Assembly (NCBI GenBank): GCA_038227135.1
Contig: JBBRQC010000006.1
Span: 20,896 to 84,895, forward strand
DNA length: 64,000 nt
Reading direction: 5' to 3'
From: Gemmatimonadales bacterium
Lineage (GTDB): Bacteria; Gemmatimonadota; Gemmatimonadetes; Gemmatimonadales; Gemmatimonadaceae
Part shown: piece after piece, positions 16,697 through 29,800 of the stretch
How the letters are laid out: each line of letters begins with the position of its first letter
Position numbering within the stretch: position 1 is the first letter of the stretch
Program-made: the position numbers and the translations under genes
Notes under the pieces: model-generated
Told to the model about the DNA's origin: nothing
The model's database searches: none
The model's input: only the letters and a program-made list of their open reading frames with translations

Positions 16697-19600
16697 ATGC
16701 CCAAACGAACTGACATCCACCGCATCCTTCTGATTGGCTCCGGTCCGATCATAATCGGGCAGGGCGCGGAGTTCGACTATTCCGGCACTCAGGCGGCCAA
16801 AGCGCTTCAAGAGGAAGGGTTCGAGGTGATCCTCGTAAACTCCAATCCCGCGACGATCATGACCGATCCCGAGATTGCGGATCGGACCTACATCGAGCCG
16901 GTGACTCCCGAGTACGTCGAGCTCGTGATCGCCAAGGAGCGGCCCGACGCGCTGCTGCCGACTATGGGTGGGCAGACGGCCCTCAACGTGGCGATGAAGC
17001 TCGCAGAAAACGGTGTGCTCGAGAAGTACGGGGTCGAATTGATCGGAGCCGACGCGCGGGCGATCGCCATGGCTGAGGACCGGAAGCTGTTTGGCGAAGC
17101 CATGAGGCGGATCGGTCTGGCGGTTCCCCAGGGAGAGACGGCGACCACGCTGGACGAGGCGCTCGAGATCGTCGAGAGAACGGCATTTCCGGCGATCATA
17201 CGGCCGGCCTTCACGCTTGGCGGCTCAGGCGGCGGGATCGCGTACAACCGGCAGGAACTCGAAGACATCGTCCGGCGGGGGCTCGATCTCTCGCCTGTCA
17301 CTCAGGTCCTGATCGAGCGAAGCGTCATCGGCTGGAAGGAATTCGAGCTCGAGGTTATGCGCGATGGGGCCGACAACGTGGTGATCGTTTGCTCGATCGA
17401 GAACATCGATCCGATGGGAGTCCACACGGGCGATTCAATCACCGTTGCGCCGGCGATGACGCTGACGGATCGCGAGTACCAGCTGATGCGCGATGCCGCC
17501 GTCGCCGTCATCCGGGAGATCGGCGTCGAAGCAGGCGGATGCAACATCCAGTTCGCGATCAATCCTCGCGACGGCGAGATGCTGGTGATCGAGATGAACC
17601 CGCGCGTGTCACGCTCGTCGGCGCTGGCATCCAAGGCGACGGGATTTCCAATCGCGCGCATCGGGACCAAGCTCGCGGTCGGCTACCGCCTCGACGAAAT
17701 CCCGAATGACATCACGGGAACGACGCCGGCCTCTTTCGAGCCGGTGCTCGACTATGTGGTCGTAAAGTGTCCACGCTTTGCCTTCGAGAAATTCCGCGCC
17801 GCCAACCCTCGCCTGACGACTCAAATGAAGTCCGTCGGGGAATCGATGGCGATCGGGCGGACATTCAAGGAAGCGTTTCAGAAGGCGCTGCGCGCGCTCG
17901 AGATCGGACGCGCGGGGTGGGTCACCGCTGCGACTCTTGCCGACGACCGTCTCGAGGAGGACACGCTGGAGGCGCTTCGCGGCGCCCTGAGGCAGCCGAC
18001 GCCGGAGCGCATCTTTCAGATCAAACGCGCCCTCGAAGCAGGACTCGATGTGAACGAGGTCAACGAGCTCACCGGCATCGATTGCTGGTTTCTCTGGCAG
18101 CTGTCGGAACTGATCGACGCCGAGCGCGCGTACGCCAAGCTGCCGACCGTTGACAAGGACGTTCTGCGGCAGATGAAGCGGATGGGGTTCTCCGACCGGC
18201 AGCTGGGCGACTTGCGCGGCGAATCGGAGTCCGCGACAAGGTCGAGACGAATCGGGCTCGGAATTCTTCCCGCCTACAAGATGGTTGATACCTGTGCCGG
18301 CGAATTTCCGTCGGCGACGCCATACCTGTACAGCAGCTACGACGAAGAAAACGAAGCGCCGCGGACGGAAAAGCAGTCAGTCGTGATTCTTGGCAGCGGA
18401 CCGAATCGAATTGGCCAGGGCGTCGAGTTCGACTACTGCTGCGTGCGCGCCGCGCTCGCGCTTAGGGAGCAGGGTTACGAGACGATCATGATCAACTCGA
18501 ATCCCGAGACCGTCTCGACCGACTTCGACATATCGGACAAGCTGTACTTCGAGCCGCTCACGCTCGAACACGTTTTGGACATCGTCGAGCGGGAGCAGCC
18601 TATCGGAGTGATCGTTCAGCTCGGTGGGCAGACGCCGCTCAAGCTCACGAACGGGCTGGCCAAGGCAGGCGTTAGGATTCTCGGCACCCAGCCCGATGCG
18701 ATCGACATCGCCGAGGACCGGCGGCGCTTCGACAGGATTGCGCGCCAGCTGGGAATCAAGCAGCCGGAGAATGGCACCGCGACGAGCCTCGAAGAGGCGG
18801 TGACGGCGGCCCGGAGAATCGGCTACCCGGTGCTGGTGCGCCCCTCCTACGTGCTCGGCGGCCGAGCGATGGAGATCGTGTACGACGAGAAGTCTCTGGC
18901 GGGATACTTTGAGCGCGCAGCGGTCGTATCCGAGGACAAACCGGTTCTGATCGACCGGTTTCTGGAGGATGCGTTCGAGGCCGATGTCGATGCGATTTCA
19001 GACGGCGAGCGAGTCGTGATCGGCGGCGTGATGCAGCACATCGAGGACGCGGGTATTCATTCTGGCGATTCGGCGTGCGTACTCCCGCCATATCTGATCG
19101 ACGAGGAGCACATCGAAGAGATGCGCCAGCACACGGTTGCGCTGGCCAAGGCGTTGAGGGTGGTGGGGTTGATCAATGTCCAGTACGCTCTGAAGGATGG
19201 ACAGGTGTACGTGCTCGAGGTAAATCCGCGTGGCAGCCGGACCGTGCCGTTCGTCTCGAAGGCGATTGGAGTTCCGCTCGCAGCGATTGCCGCGCGGGTG
19301 ATGCTTGGCGAAACACTCGACGACATCGGGTTCACAGAGGAAGTAGCGCCGGCGTACATCTCCGTGAAGGAGGCTGTTTTCCCGTTCAACAAGTTCCGGG
19401 AATTCGATCCGATCCTTGGCCCCGAAATGAGATCTACCGGAGAAGTAATGGGAATCTCCGACTCGTTCGGGAGCGCATTCGGCAAGGCGCAGCTCGCGGC
19501 AGACAATGTCCTGCCCAGCGAGGGCGCGATCTTCATCACGGTCAATGATTCGGACAAGAATTCCGTGACGCCGATCGCGAGGCGGTTTCAGGAGATGGGG

Positions 19601-19939
19601 TTCAAGCTATTCGCCACGAGCGGCACCGCTAAGCATCTCCGCGGTCGCGGAATTCCAGTGGATACGGTCCTCAAGCTCCACGAAGGACGGCCGAATGGAA
19701 TGGACATGATGCTCAATGGGGACATCCAGCTGCTGATCAACACTCCGCTCGGCAAGGAATCCCAGCGCGACGACTACTCGATGAGGCAGGCGGCGATCGC
19801 GAACCGGGTTGCGTATACGACGACGCTGTCCGCGGCGAGCGCGGCATGCGATGCGATCCTGTCGCTCAGGTCGAGGTCGCCGTCCGTGCTTTCGCTGCAG
19901 GAGTGGCACGCCAGAATCCCCAGGGAAGCTGCCGTCTGA
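16697..19939 (+). CDS. carB: carbamoyl-phosphate synthase large subunit
   Basis: 1080 aa. It has duplicated ATP-grasp halves ([24 protein letters not shown] and [22 protein letters not shown]) and a C-terminal MGS-like domain. No carA lies adjacent. Confidence 0.97.
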   Translation: MPKRTDIHRILLIGSGPIIIGQGAEFDYSGTQAAKALQEEGFEVILVNSNPATIMTDPEIADRTYIEPVTPEYVELVIAKERPDALLPTMGGQTALNVAMKLAENGVLEKYGVELIGADARAIAMAEDRKLFGEAMRRIGLAVPQGETATTLDEALEIVERTAFPAIIRPAFTLGGSGGGIAYNRQELEDIVRRGLDLSPVTQVLIERSVIGWKEFELEVMRDGADNVVIVCSIENIDPMGVHTGDSITVAPAMTLTDREYQLMRDAAVAVIREIGVEAGGCNIQFAINPRDGEMLVIEMNPRVSRSSALASKATGFPIARIGTKLAVGYRLDEIPNDITGTTPASFEPVLDYVVVKCPRFAFEKFRAANPRLTTQMKSVGESMAIGRTFKEAFQKALRALEIGRAGWVTAATLADDRLEEDTLEALRGALRQPTPERIFQIKRALEAGLDVNEVNELTGIDCWFLWQLSELIDAERAYAKLPTVDKDVLRQMKRMGFSDRQLGDLRGESESATRSRRIGLGILPAYKMVDTCAGEFPSATPYLYSSYDEENEAPRTEKQSVVILGSGPNRIGQGVEFDYCCVRAALALREQGYETIMINSNPETVSTDFDISDKLYFEPLTLEHVLDIVEREQPIGVIVQLGGQTPLKLTNGLAKAGVRILGTQPDAIDIAEDRRRFDRIARQLGIKQPENGTATSLEEAVTAARRIGYPVLVRPSYVLGGRAMEIVYDEKSLAGYFERAAVVSEDKPVLIDRFLEDAFEADVDAISDGERVVIGGVMQHIEDAGIHSGDSACVLPPYLIDEEHIEEMRQHTVALAKALRVVGLINVQYALKDGQVYVLEVNPRGSRTVPFVSKAIGVPLAAIAARVMLGETLDDIGFTEEVAPAYISVKEAVFPFNKFREFDPILGPEMRSTGEVMGISDSFGSAFGKAQLAADNVLPSEGAIFITVNDSDKNSVTPIARRFQEMGFKLFATSGTAKHLRGRGIPVDTVLKLHEGRPNGMDMMLNGDIQLLINTPLGKESQRDDYSMRQAAIANRVAYTTTLSAASAACDAILSLRSRSPSVLSLQEWHARIPREAAV

Positions 19940-20508
19940 TGGCGAAGCCATTCATCCACGAGTCCGCTTATGTGGACGAGGGCGCGCAGATCGGCGCCGA
20001 CACCAAAGTCTGGCATTTCTGTCACGTGTTGGGCGGCGCGGTGATTGGCGAGCGCTGCTCGCTGGGGCAGAACGTGGTGGTGATGAACGGCGTCAGGATC
20101 GGAAACAACGTCAAGATTCAGAACAACGTCTCGGTGTACGAGGGAGTGGAGCTGTCCGACGATGTTTTCTGCGGACCGTCGATGGTGTTCACCAACGTGA
20201 TAAATCCACGCAGCCACGTTTCGCGGCGCAACGAATACAAAAAGACGCTCGTTGGAAGAGGCGCGACCCTTGGTGCCAACGCGACGATAATCTGCGGTGT
20301 CACGCTTGGGGAATACGCCTTCGTGGGAGCGGGAAGCGTAGTGACCCATGACGTTGCTGCTTTCGCGCTCATGGTCGGAGTGCCCGCCCGCAAGGTCGGC
20401 TGGATGTGCCAGTGTGGCGAGCGCCTGTCCGACAGGAATCCTGGCAGCTGCGCGGTCTGTGGGACGAGGTATGAACTCGACGGCGACGAGCTGAGGAGAC
20501 TGTCCTAG
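19939..20508 (+). CDS. hexapeptide-repeat N-acetyltransferase, WbpD/WlbB-like (UDP-2-acetamido-3-amino-2,3-dideoxy-glucuronate N-acetyltransferase)
   Basis: The ATG overlaps the carB stop (TGATG). FIHESAYVDEGAQIGADTKVWHFCHV...IQNNVSVYEGVELSDDVFCGPSMVFTNVINPRS...VGVPARKVGWM closely follows the WbpD family as I remember it. The ORF-track start at 19846 lies inside carB. Confidence 0.8.
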   Translation: MAKPFIHESAYVDEGAQIGADTKVWHFCHVLGGAVIGERCSLGQNVVVMNGVRIGNNVKIQNNVSVYEGVELSDDVFCGPSMVFTNVINPRSHVSRRNEYKKTLVGRGATLGANATIICGVTLGEYAFVGAGSVVTHDVAAFALMVGVPARKVGWMCQCGERLSDRNPGSCAVCGTRYELDGDELRRLS

Positions 20509-21555
20509 GTGAGCTCGGAGAAGACCTTCAAGATCGCGCTGGTCGGATGCGGGCGCATCAGCAAGAACCATTTCGAAGCGATCGACAAAATCGATGGGCT
20601 CGAGCTGGTCGCCGTTTCGGACGCCGACCCGGAGCGGGCGAAACAGGCCGGAACCCAGTGGAAGGTTCCTTACTTCGCATCGTACGAGCGGATGTTGGCG
20701 GAGAGCAACGCCGACATCGTGACGATTGCGACTCCATCCGGCCTTCATTCCGAGCAGGGAGTGGCGGCCGCGAGAACGGGCAAGCACGTCGTGATGGAGA
20801 AGCCGATGGCGATCTCTCTCACCGGCGCCGACGCTCTCGTTCAGGCGTGCGACAAGGCGGGCGTACAGCTATTCGTCGTGAAGCAGAACAGGTTGAATCC
20901 CCCGATTCAGCTGCTGAAGCGGGCGGTCGATCGCAATAGGTTCGGCCGCATCTACCTGGCCAGCTGCACGGTCCATTGGGCGCGTCCGCAGGAGTATTAC
21001 GATCAGGCTCCGTGGCGCGGGACCTGGGAGTTCGATGGCGGGGCCTTCATGAATCAGGCATCGCACTACGTCGATCTCATACAGTGGGTGATGGGACCTG
21101 TGGAGAGCGTGATGGCGAAGACCGCGACGCTGGCGAGGCGCATCGAGACCGAGGACACTGGCATAGCCATTCTGAAGTTCCGCTCGGGCGCGCTGGGCAC
21201 GATCGAGGTGACCATGCTGGCGTTTCCGCGCAATCTGGAAGGCTCCTTGACGATTCTTGGCGAGAAGGGATCGGCCAAAATCGGGGGAACGGCGGTCAAC
21301 AAGATCGAGCACTGGGAGTTCGCGGAGCCGGACGACGATGACAAGCTGATCGAGGGCGCAAACACGAATCCGCCGAGTATCTACGGGCTCGGGCACCAGG
21401 GCTACTACAGAAACGTCCTCGCGGTACTGAGGGGCGAGGCCAAGCCGGACACCGACGGCCGGGCAGGGCGGAAGTCTCTGGAGCTGATTCTGGGCATTTA
21501 CGAATCGGCCAAGACCGGACGCGAGGTTCCATTGCCTCTCCGAGCTCAAGTATGA
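20509..21555 (+). CDS. Gfo/Idh/MocA family oxidoreductase, WbpB/WlbA-like (UDP-GlcNAcA 3-dehydrogenase)
   Basis: It has an N-terminal Rossmann motif (KIALVGCGRISKNHFEAI) and EKPMA. The context, between an acetyltransferase and a DegT aminotransferase, supports the call. Confidence 0.75.
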   Translation: MSSEKTFKIALVGCGRISKNHFEAIDKIDGLELVAVSDADPERAKQAGTQWKVPYFASYERMLAESNADIVTIATPSGLHSEQGVAAARTGKHVVMEKPMAISLTGADALVQACDKAGVQLFVVKQNRLNPPIQLLKRAVDRNRFGRIYLASCTVHWARPQEYYDQAPWRGTWEFDGGAFMNQASHYVDLIQWVMGPVESVMAKTATLARRIETEDTGIAILKFRSGALGTIEVTMLAFPRNLEGSLTILGEKGSAKIGGTAVNKIEHWEFAEPDDDDKLIEGANTNPPSIYGLGHQGYYRNVLAVLRGEAKPDTDGRAGRKSLELILGIYESAKTGREVPLPLRAQV

Positions 21556-21610
21556 GTCTGACTCGTGTATCTTTAAAGGTTGTATTCGCCGCGATTCCAA
21601 ACTGAGATAA

Positions 21611-22723
21611 ATGGCCGTTCCACTTCTTGATCTTAAAGCACAGCACGCGACCATCCGCGATTCTATCGTGAACGCGATGATGAAGGTCGTCGACGACCAG
21701 GCGTTCATTCTTGGCGAGCCCGTCGAGCGTCTGGAGCGCGATGTCGCGAAGCTTTCGCAGGCGACGCACGCGATCGGGTGCGCCAACGGAACCGACGCTC
21801 TTCTCCTCGCCCTTCGCGCGCTCGACATCGGTCGTGGCGACGAAGTACTGACGACGCCGTTCACTTTTTTCGCGACAGCCGGCGCGATTCACAACGTTGG
21901 CGCGCGCCCTGTTTTCGCGGACATCGATCCCGACACGTTCAATCTCTCCGGCGACACGATTGCCGCGGCCGTCAAGCCGTCGACGCGGGCAGTCATCGCG
22001 GTAGATCTGTTCGGCCAGATGGCCCCGATCGAATCCATCATGGATGCGGCCGGAAAGATCCCGGTAATCGAGGACGCGGCGCAGTCGATCGGAGCGCGGC
22101 GAAAAGTGAACGACAAGTGGGTAATGGCCGGCGAAGCGGCGACGATAGGTACGTTCAGCTTCTTCCCGTCGAAGAATCTCGGTGGTTACGGCGACGGCGG
22201 AATGATCGTGACCCAGAGCGACGATCTCGCCACGCGCCTGCGCCGCCTCCGGACTCACGGTGGTTTGAAGACCTATTACCACGAAGAGGTCGGATACAAC
22301 AGCAGGCTCGACGCGCTGCAGGCGGCGGTCCTCTCGGCGAAGCTCCCAATGCTTTCGTCGTGGAGCGCGGCGAGGCGCAAGAATGCCGCTTATTACGACG
22401 CGGCATTCGCGGATGTCGAGGGCCTGCGCACACCGACGATCGATCCGGCGAACGAATCCATTTACAATCAGTACACTGTCCGCGCTGCCCGGCGAGAGGA
22501 TCTGCAGGCGCACCTGAAGGAAAAGGGAATCGGATCGGCGATCTACTACCCGCTGTCGCTTCACCTGCAGCCCTGTTTCGAGTACCTGGGCTGCAAGCGC
22601 GGCGCGTATCCGGAGAGCGAAAAGGCGACGAAGGAAGTAATCTCGCTACCCGTGTATCCGGAGCTGCAGCAGTCGCAACTCGATGAAGTAATCGAAGCCG
22701 TGCGCGATTTTTACGGCCGCTGA
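21611..22723 (+). CDS. DegT/DnrJ/EryC1/StrS family PLP aminotransferase, WbpE/WlbC-like
   Basis: It has FILGEPVERLERDVA, and FSFFPSKNLGGYGDGGMI with the PLP lysine. The length of 370 aa fits the family. Confidence 0.85.
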   Translation: MAVPLLDLKAQHATIRDSIVNAMMKVVDDQAFILGEPVERLERDVAKLSQATHAIGCANGTDALLLALRALDIGRGDEVLTTPFTFFATAGAIHNVGARPVFADIDPDTFNLSGDTIAAAVKPSTRAVIAVDLFGQMAPIESIMDAAGKIPVIEDAAQSIGARRKVNDKWVMAGEAATIGTFSFFPSKNLGGYGDGGMIVTQSDDLATRLRRLRTHGGLKTYYHEEVGYNSRLDALQAAVLSAKLPMLSSWSAARRKNAAYYDAAFADVEGLRTPTIDPANESIYNQYTVRAARREDLQAHLKEKGIGSAIYYPLSLHLQPCFEYLGCKRGAYPESEKATKEVISLPVYPELQQSQLDEVIEAVRDFYGR

Positions 22724-22739
22724 AAACCATCTGCATAGA

Positions 22740-24089
<1,350 letters not shown>

Positions 24090-24101
24090 CTCGATCAGCT
24101 C

Positions 24102-25409
24102 GTGAACATCTCAGTAATTGGCACCGGATACGTCGGACTCGTCGTAGGCGCCTGTCTCGCCGAGACCGGCAATACCGTTTGTTGCGCCGACATCGATAGT
24201 CAGAAAATCGAGCGGCTCCGGAAAAACGACATTCCTATCTACGAGCCTGGTCTGGAACCGCTCGTGGAACGGAATCAAAAGGAACAGCGACTCTCTTTCA
24301 CGACCGCGCTGCCCGAAGCCATCGGGTCAGCGGACGTCATCTTCATCGCCGTCGGAACGCCGCCCGGTGAGGACGGAGCCGCGGATCTCAAGTACGTCCT
24401 GCAGGTCGCCGATCTGATTGGCCGGCACATGACGCGAGAGATCGTCGTGGTGACGAAATCCACGGTCCCGGTGGGTAGCGCGGCTAAGGTCGAGAAGGCT
24501 GTGGCGCGGGAGGCAAAGTTTCCGTTTCATGTCTGCAGCAATCCGGAATTTCTCAAGGAAGGCGACGCGGTCGAGGATTTCATGCGTCCCGATCGCGTGG
24601 TTCTGGGGGTAGAGTCCGCCCATGCGCGGAAGGTGATGACAGACCTCTACGCCCCTTTCGTGCGCACCGGAAAGCCGGTCCTGCTGATGGACATTTCATC
24701 GGCGGAAATGACCAAATACGCAGCGAACGGAATGTTGGCGACGCGCATCTCTTTCATGAACGAGATCGCGAACCTGTGCGACAAGGTGGGCGCGAACGTC
24801 GACTTCGTCAGGCGCGGAATCGGAAGCGATGCCCGCATCGGTCAGTCATTTCTGTTCCCTGGTCCGGGGTACGGCGGGTCGTGCTTCCCGAAGGATGTGA
24901 AGGCGCTGGTGAGGATGGGCGTGGAATCCGGAGTGGCGCTCGATGTGCTGGCCGCGGTGGAATCGGCCAACGAGCGCCAGAAGACGATTCTCCTGTCGAA
25001 AATCCAGGGCGCTCTCGGGAAGAATCTTTCCGGCCGTCGAGTTGCCGTATGGGGCCTCGCCTTCAAGGCTGGAACGGATGATATGCGCGAGGCGCCAGCC
25101 CTTACACTCATCGAGGCTCTGCTGGCCGAAGGGGTCTCGATCTGCGCTCACGATCCTGCCGCCATCGACCACGCCCGGAGTTTGCTCGGCAACCGAATAG
25201 ATTACGCGGAGACTAATTATGAGGCGCTCGTGGGCGCGGACGCATTGGTCGTGGTAACGGACTGGAATGAGTACCGCCATCCGGATTTCGAGCGGGTAAA
25301 GCGCACGCTCAAGCAGCCGGTCATCGTCGATGGCCGCAATCTTTACGACGTCGAGAAGATGCGGGAGCTGGGCGTGCGATACCATTCCATCGGACGCCCA
25401 TCCGCATGA
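24102..25409 (+). CDS. ugd: UDP-glucose 6-dehydrogenase
   Basis: It has ISVIGTGYVGLVVGACLA, PGPGYGGSCFPKDV, and GLAFKAGTDDMREAP motifs. Confidence 0.88.
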   Translation: MNISVIGTGYVGLVVGACLAETGNTVCCADIDSQKIERLRKNDIPIYEPGLEPLVERNQKEQRLSFTTALPEAIGSADVIFIAVGTPPGEDGAADLKYVLQVADLIGRHMTREIVVVTKSTVPVGSAAKVEKAVAREAKFPFHVCSNPEFLKEGDAVEDFMRPDRVVLGVESAHARKVMTDLYAPFVRTGKPVLLMDISSAEMTKYAANGMLATRISFMNEIANLCDKVGANVDFVRRGIGSDARIGQSFLFPGPGYGGSCFPKDVKALVRMGVESGVALDVLAAVESANERQKTILLSKIQGALGKNLSGRRVAVWGLAFKAGTDDMREAPALTLIEALLAEGVSICAHDPAAIDHARSLLGNRIDYAETNYEALVGADALVVVTDWNEYRHPDFERVKRTLKQPVIVDGRNLYDVEKMRELGVRYHSIGRPSA

Positions 25410-25442
25410 ACATGCTCGACGGCAGAGGGTAATATCATTCGG

Positions 25443-26198
25443 ATGTTGAGATTCAGACCCCTATTGCTGGCCCTGCTGCTCGCGGCACCGCTGGCGTGCA
25501 AGCCCCCGTTCGATCCCAAAATTTACACGAGCACCGACAAGCTCTACCAGGCGGCGACGACCGAGTACAAAGCGCGTCGTTACGACAATGCAGCCAAGGC
25601 ATTCGAGAAGCTTACTCTCGACCTGCCCGCCCGCGACCCGCGGTTGCCGCTGGCGTTCTACTATCTCGCGCAGTCCCAGAACAAGATGGGAGAGAATCTG
25701 CTTGCCGCCGGGACTTATAACCGGCTGATCGACGCTTTTCCCCAGGACACCCTGGTGGATGACGCCCTGTACCTTTCCGGACGCGCGTATCAGGAGGAGT
25801 GGAGACATCCCGAGCTGGACGCGACCTATGGGAACAATGCGCTCACCGCGTATCAGTCACTCCTCGCGAGCTTTCCCGACTCGCCATTCGCGGCGCCGGC
25901 CAAGAAAGAGATCGACAAGCTCGACGAATGGCTGGCGGAGAAGGACTACAACACCGGGTATCTCTATCTCAAGAGAAAGGCGTTCGACTCGGCGATCCTT
26001 TACTTCAAGGATGTAATACGCCTCCACCCGAACGCGCCGAAGGCGAAGGATGCCTACCTTCGCCTGCTGGAGGCGTACAGGGCGATCAAGTACACCGAGG
26101 ACGCCCGCGACCTCTGCGATGCGATGCGCAAGGCCTACCGGAACGACCGCGACGTGAGCAAGAACTGCGGTCCCGCGCCAGCTACGCCGGCGACGTAG
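25443..26198 (+). CDS. bamD: outer membrane protein assembly factor BamD (TPR lipoprotein)
   Basis: The signal peptide has a lipobox-like APLAC. The YfiO-type TPR pattern is present (YQAATTEYKARRYDNAAKAFEKL...FPDSPFAAPAKKEIDKLDEWLAEKDYNTGYLYLKRKAF). Confidence 0.8.
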   Translation: MLRFRPLLLALLLAAPLACKPPFDPKIYTSTDKLYQAATTEYKARRYDNAAKAFEKLTLDLPARDPRLPLAFYYLAQSQNKMGENLLAAGTYNRLIDAFPQDTLVDDALYLSGRAYQEEWRHPELDATYGNNALTAYQSLLASFPDSPFAAPAKKEIDKLDEWLAEKDYNTGYLYLKRKAFDSAILYFKDVIRLHPNAPKAKDAYLRLLEAYRAIKYTEDARDLCDAMRKAYRNDRDVSKNCGPAPATPAT

Positions 26199-26202
26199 GC
26201 CC

Positions 26203-26781
26203 ATGCGCATTGGGGTCTTCGGCGGCACCTTCGATCCACCCCACGTCGGTCACCTTCTTCTGGCCGCCGATGCGCGCGAGTCGCTGAACCTGGACCGGCT
26301 GATTTTCATCCCCGTCTGGGCCCAGCCATTCAAGGTCGGGACGCCGCCAGTCGCGTCAGCCCAGGACCGGCTGGAGATGGTCCGTCTCGCGGTCGCTGAC
26401 GACGCCAATTACGCCGTCGACGACGCAGAAATCAGCCGTAAGGGGTTATCTTACACCGTTGATACGCTCGAGCATTTGGCAGAGCGGTACAAGGGGTCGG
26501 AACTCTTTCTCTTGATGGGACAGGACGCGTTGGATGGCTTTCCCAAGTGGCGCAATCCGGAGCGGATTCGCCAGCTGGCGACGGTCGCGGTCATGAAAAG
26601 ATCCGGAGACGCTGAGCTCTTGTCGAAAGTCGAAGCTGACGGTGTGGAGAGCGTGTCTGCGCGACGGGTGGATGTGTCTTCCACCGAGATCAGAGAGCGG
26701 CGGCGTGCAAAGAAATCGATCAAGGGATTCGTGCCCGAAAGCGTCGAGAGGTTCATCGAAGCGCGCGGGCTCTATCGTTGA
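26203..26781 (+). CDS. nadD: nicotinate-nucleotide adenylyltransferase
   Basis: RIGVFGGTFDPPHVGH, plus ISSTEIR-like VSSTEIRER. Confidence 0.92.
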   Translation: MRIGVFGGTFDPPHVGHLLLAADARESLNLDRLIFIPVWAQPFKVGTPPVASAQDRLEMVRLAVADDANYAVDDAEISRKGLSYTVDTLEHLAERYKGSELFLLMGQDALDGFPKWRNPERIRQLATVAVMKRSGDAELLSKVEADGVESVSARRVDVSSTEIRERRRAKKSIKGFVPESVERFIEARGLYR

Positions 26782-26815
26782 TGTTGAGTGACTGCCTGGT
26801 GAGGAACCCCAGTAA

Positions 26816-29800
26816 ATGGCGTTGACAGGACTGCTGAGCGGGGTGTTCGGGACCCGTCACGACCGGGAGCGCAAGCGCGTTCAGCCCATCGTCGACGAGA
26901 TCAACGAGCAGTACGCCCGACTCCAGACCGTTTCAGAGGAAGAGCTTCGCGGTCAGACCGAAAAGTTTCGCGCGCGCATCCGTGAGGTAACGACCGGAAT
27001 CGAGGCGCGCATTGGTGATCTCCGCGACCGCAAACGCGTCGCGACCGATCCCGCCGAGCGCGAGCAGATCGACAATGAGCTGAGCGGGGTCGACGGGCGA
27101 GGTGGCGTCGAGGCCGAGCTTCGAACTGCGATCGCGGAAGTGCTCGACGAGCTGCTGCCGGAAGCCTTCGCCACCGTTCGTGAGGCGGCTCGCCGCCTCG
27201 TCGGGACCAAGGTGTCGGTCACCGGTCAGGAGATGGACTGGAACATGGTTCCCTACGATGTGCAGCTGATGGGTGGCATCCAGCTCCACACCGGGCGGAT
27301 CGCCGAAATGGCGACCGGTGAAGGAAAGACGCTCGTCGCGACTCTGCCGTTGTATCTCAACGCTCTGCCCGGAAAGGGCGCGCACCTGATCACCGTCAAC
27401 TCCTACCTCGCCCGTCGCGACTCGGCCTGGATGGGGCACGTCTACAAGTATCTCGGTCTGACCGTCGACTGCATTGACGACAGCGAGGCCGGGACGCAAG
27501 AACGTCGCGCCGCTTACGAGTGCGACATCACTTACGGGACGAACAACGAGTTCGGCTTCGACTATCTGCGCGACAACATGGTCCAGTCGCTCGAGCAGAG
27601 GGTTCAGCGCAACCACGTCTACGCGATTGTCGACGAAGTTGACTCGGTGCTCATCGACGAAGCGCGCACGCCGCTGATCATCTCAGGTCCGGTTGGAAAC
27701 GAGAGTGACGCCGAGTACGCGCAGCACAACGCGGCTGTGGCGAGGCTGGTCCGACGCCAGACGGATCTCGTGAATACGCTCGTCGCCGCCGGTGAGAAGG
27801 CGTTCGAGGCGGGTGACCACGACGAAGCAGCGGTCAATATGTACAAGGCGCAGCTGGGCGGCCCGAAGAACAAGCGCCTGTTGAAGATGCTTCAGGAGAC
27901 GGGCGCCAAGCAGCTCGTGCAGAAAATGGAGCTGCAGCACATCTCCGATCGTCGACTTCCCGCGGGCAAGCAGCAGTACCGGGACATCGAGAACGACATG
28001 CTGTACGTCCTCGACGAGAAAGGCCACACTGTGCATCTCACGGACGCCGGCGTCGACTTCATGTCCCCGCAGGCGCACGACGAGTTCGTGCTCCCCGATC
28101 TGTCGCAGGAAGTTCACGCGATCGACCACGACCCGGACATGAGTCCGGCGGAGAAGCTCGCGGCGCGCGACAAGTTGAATCGCGACTACGCGGCGAGGAG
28201 CGAGCGACTCAACATCGTGCACCAGCTGCTGCGTGCGCACGCGTTGTTCGAGCGCGACGTCAACTATGTCGTGCAGGAAGGCCAGGTCCTGATCGTGGAC
28301 GAATTCACGGGCCGCACGATGCGCGGCCGACGCTGGTCGGAAGGATTGCACCAGGCCGTCGAAGCCAAGGAAGGTGTGCAGGTCAAAGGCGAGACGCAGA
28401 CTCTCGCCACGATCACCATCCAGAACTATTTCCGACTTTACGAGAAGCTGGCGGGGATGACCGGTACCGCCGAGACAGAAGAGACGGAGTTCCACGAGAT
28501 CTACAAGCTGGGAGTGTCCGTCATTCCGACGAATCAGCCCGTCATTCGCGATGACAGGCAGGATCTCGTCTACAAGACGCGGCGCGAAAAATACAACGCG
28601 ATCCTCGAGGAAACTCAGCGACTCCACGGGCTTGGCTTCCCGGTCCTCGTCGGAACGGTGAGCGTCGAAGTCTCGGAGACGCTGTCGCGCATGTTCAAGC
28701 GCGCCGGCATTCCCCACAACGTTCTCAACGCGAAGTATCATCAGCGCGAGGCGGAGATCGTAGCGGGCGCTGGCCAACCGGGCGCGGTGACCATTGCCAC
28801 CAACATGGCCGGCCGCGGAACCGACATTAAGCTGGGACCGGGCGTCACTGAATCCAAGCCGTCGCAGCGGAAGGACGCCGAGAATCAGATCGTCGACGTC
28901 GTCGAGTGGGGCGGGCTGCACATCATCGGCTCCGAGCGGCACGAGTCGCGCCGCATTGACCGCCAGCTGCGCGGGCGCGCCGGCCGTCAGGGCGATCCGG
29001 GTGCGTCTCAGTTCTTCCTCTCGCTCGAAGACGATCTGATGCGTCTTTTCGGGTCAGACCGTATCGCGAAGTTGATGGACCGGATGGGGGCGGAGGAAGG
29101 GGAGATGCTTACCCACTCTCTCATCACGCGATCCATCGAGCAGGCGCAGAAGCGCGTCGAGCTGCAGAACTTCCAGTCGCGCAAGCGGCTGCTCGAGTAT
29201 GACGACGTGATGAACCAGCAGCGCGAGGTGATTTACTCGCTGCGCTCGTTCGCGCTCGAGGGCGGCGAAGAGCTGAAGGCGGAAGCCGAGAAGATGATCG
29301 AGAAGGGAGTCTCGAAGCGCGTCGAGAACATGCTGAACACCTTCGATTCCCAGGAGCAATGGGATTTCGCGCTTGTTCGCCAGGATCTTCTGATGCACTA
29401 CATGCTGGCCGTCCCGGGATTCGAGGACGGCAGCCTTCCGACGAGTGAGGAAGATGCGGAAACGCGGGCGATCGAGGCCGGCCGCAAGGCGTTCGCCGAC
29501 AAGCTCGCGAGCCTCGGCGAATACTCCGACCAGCTGCTCTCGCTGGTGATGCTCCACGTGCTCGACGAAAAGTGGAAGGATCATCTCTACGATCTCGACC
29601 AGCTCCGCAACGCCATCGGCTATCGCTCGTGGGGGCAGAAGGATCCGCTGATCGAGTACAAGCACGAGGCGTACAACATGTTCGTGGATCTGATGGGCGA
29701 CATCCACAACACGTTCACGGAAAGATTCCTCCGCGCCCAGATCACGTTCGAGCAGCCGCGTCCGTTGCCGCCGATGTTCCTGAGTGGCGACGACGACGCG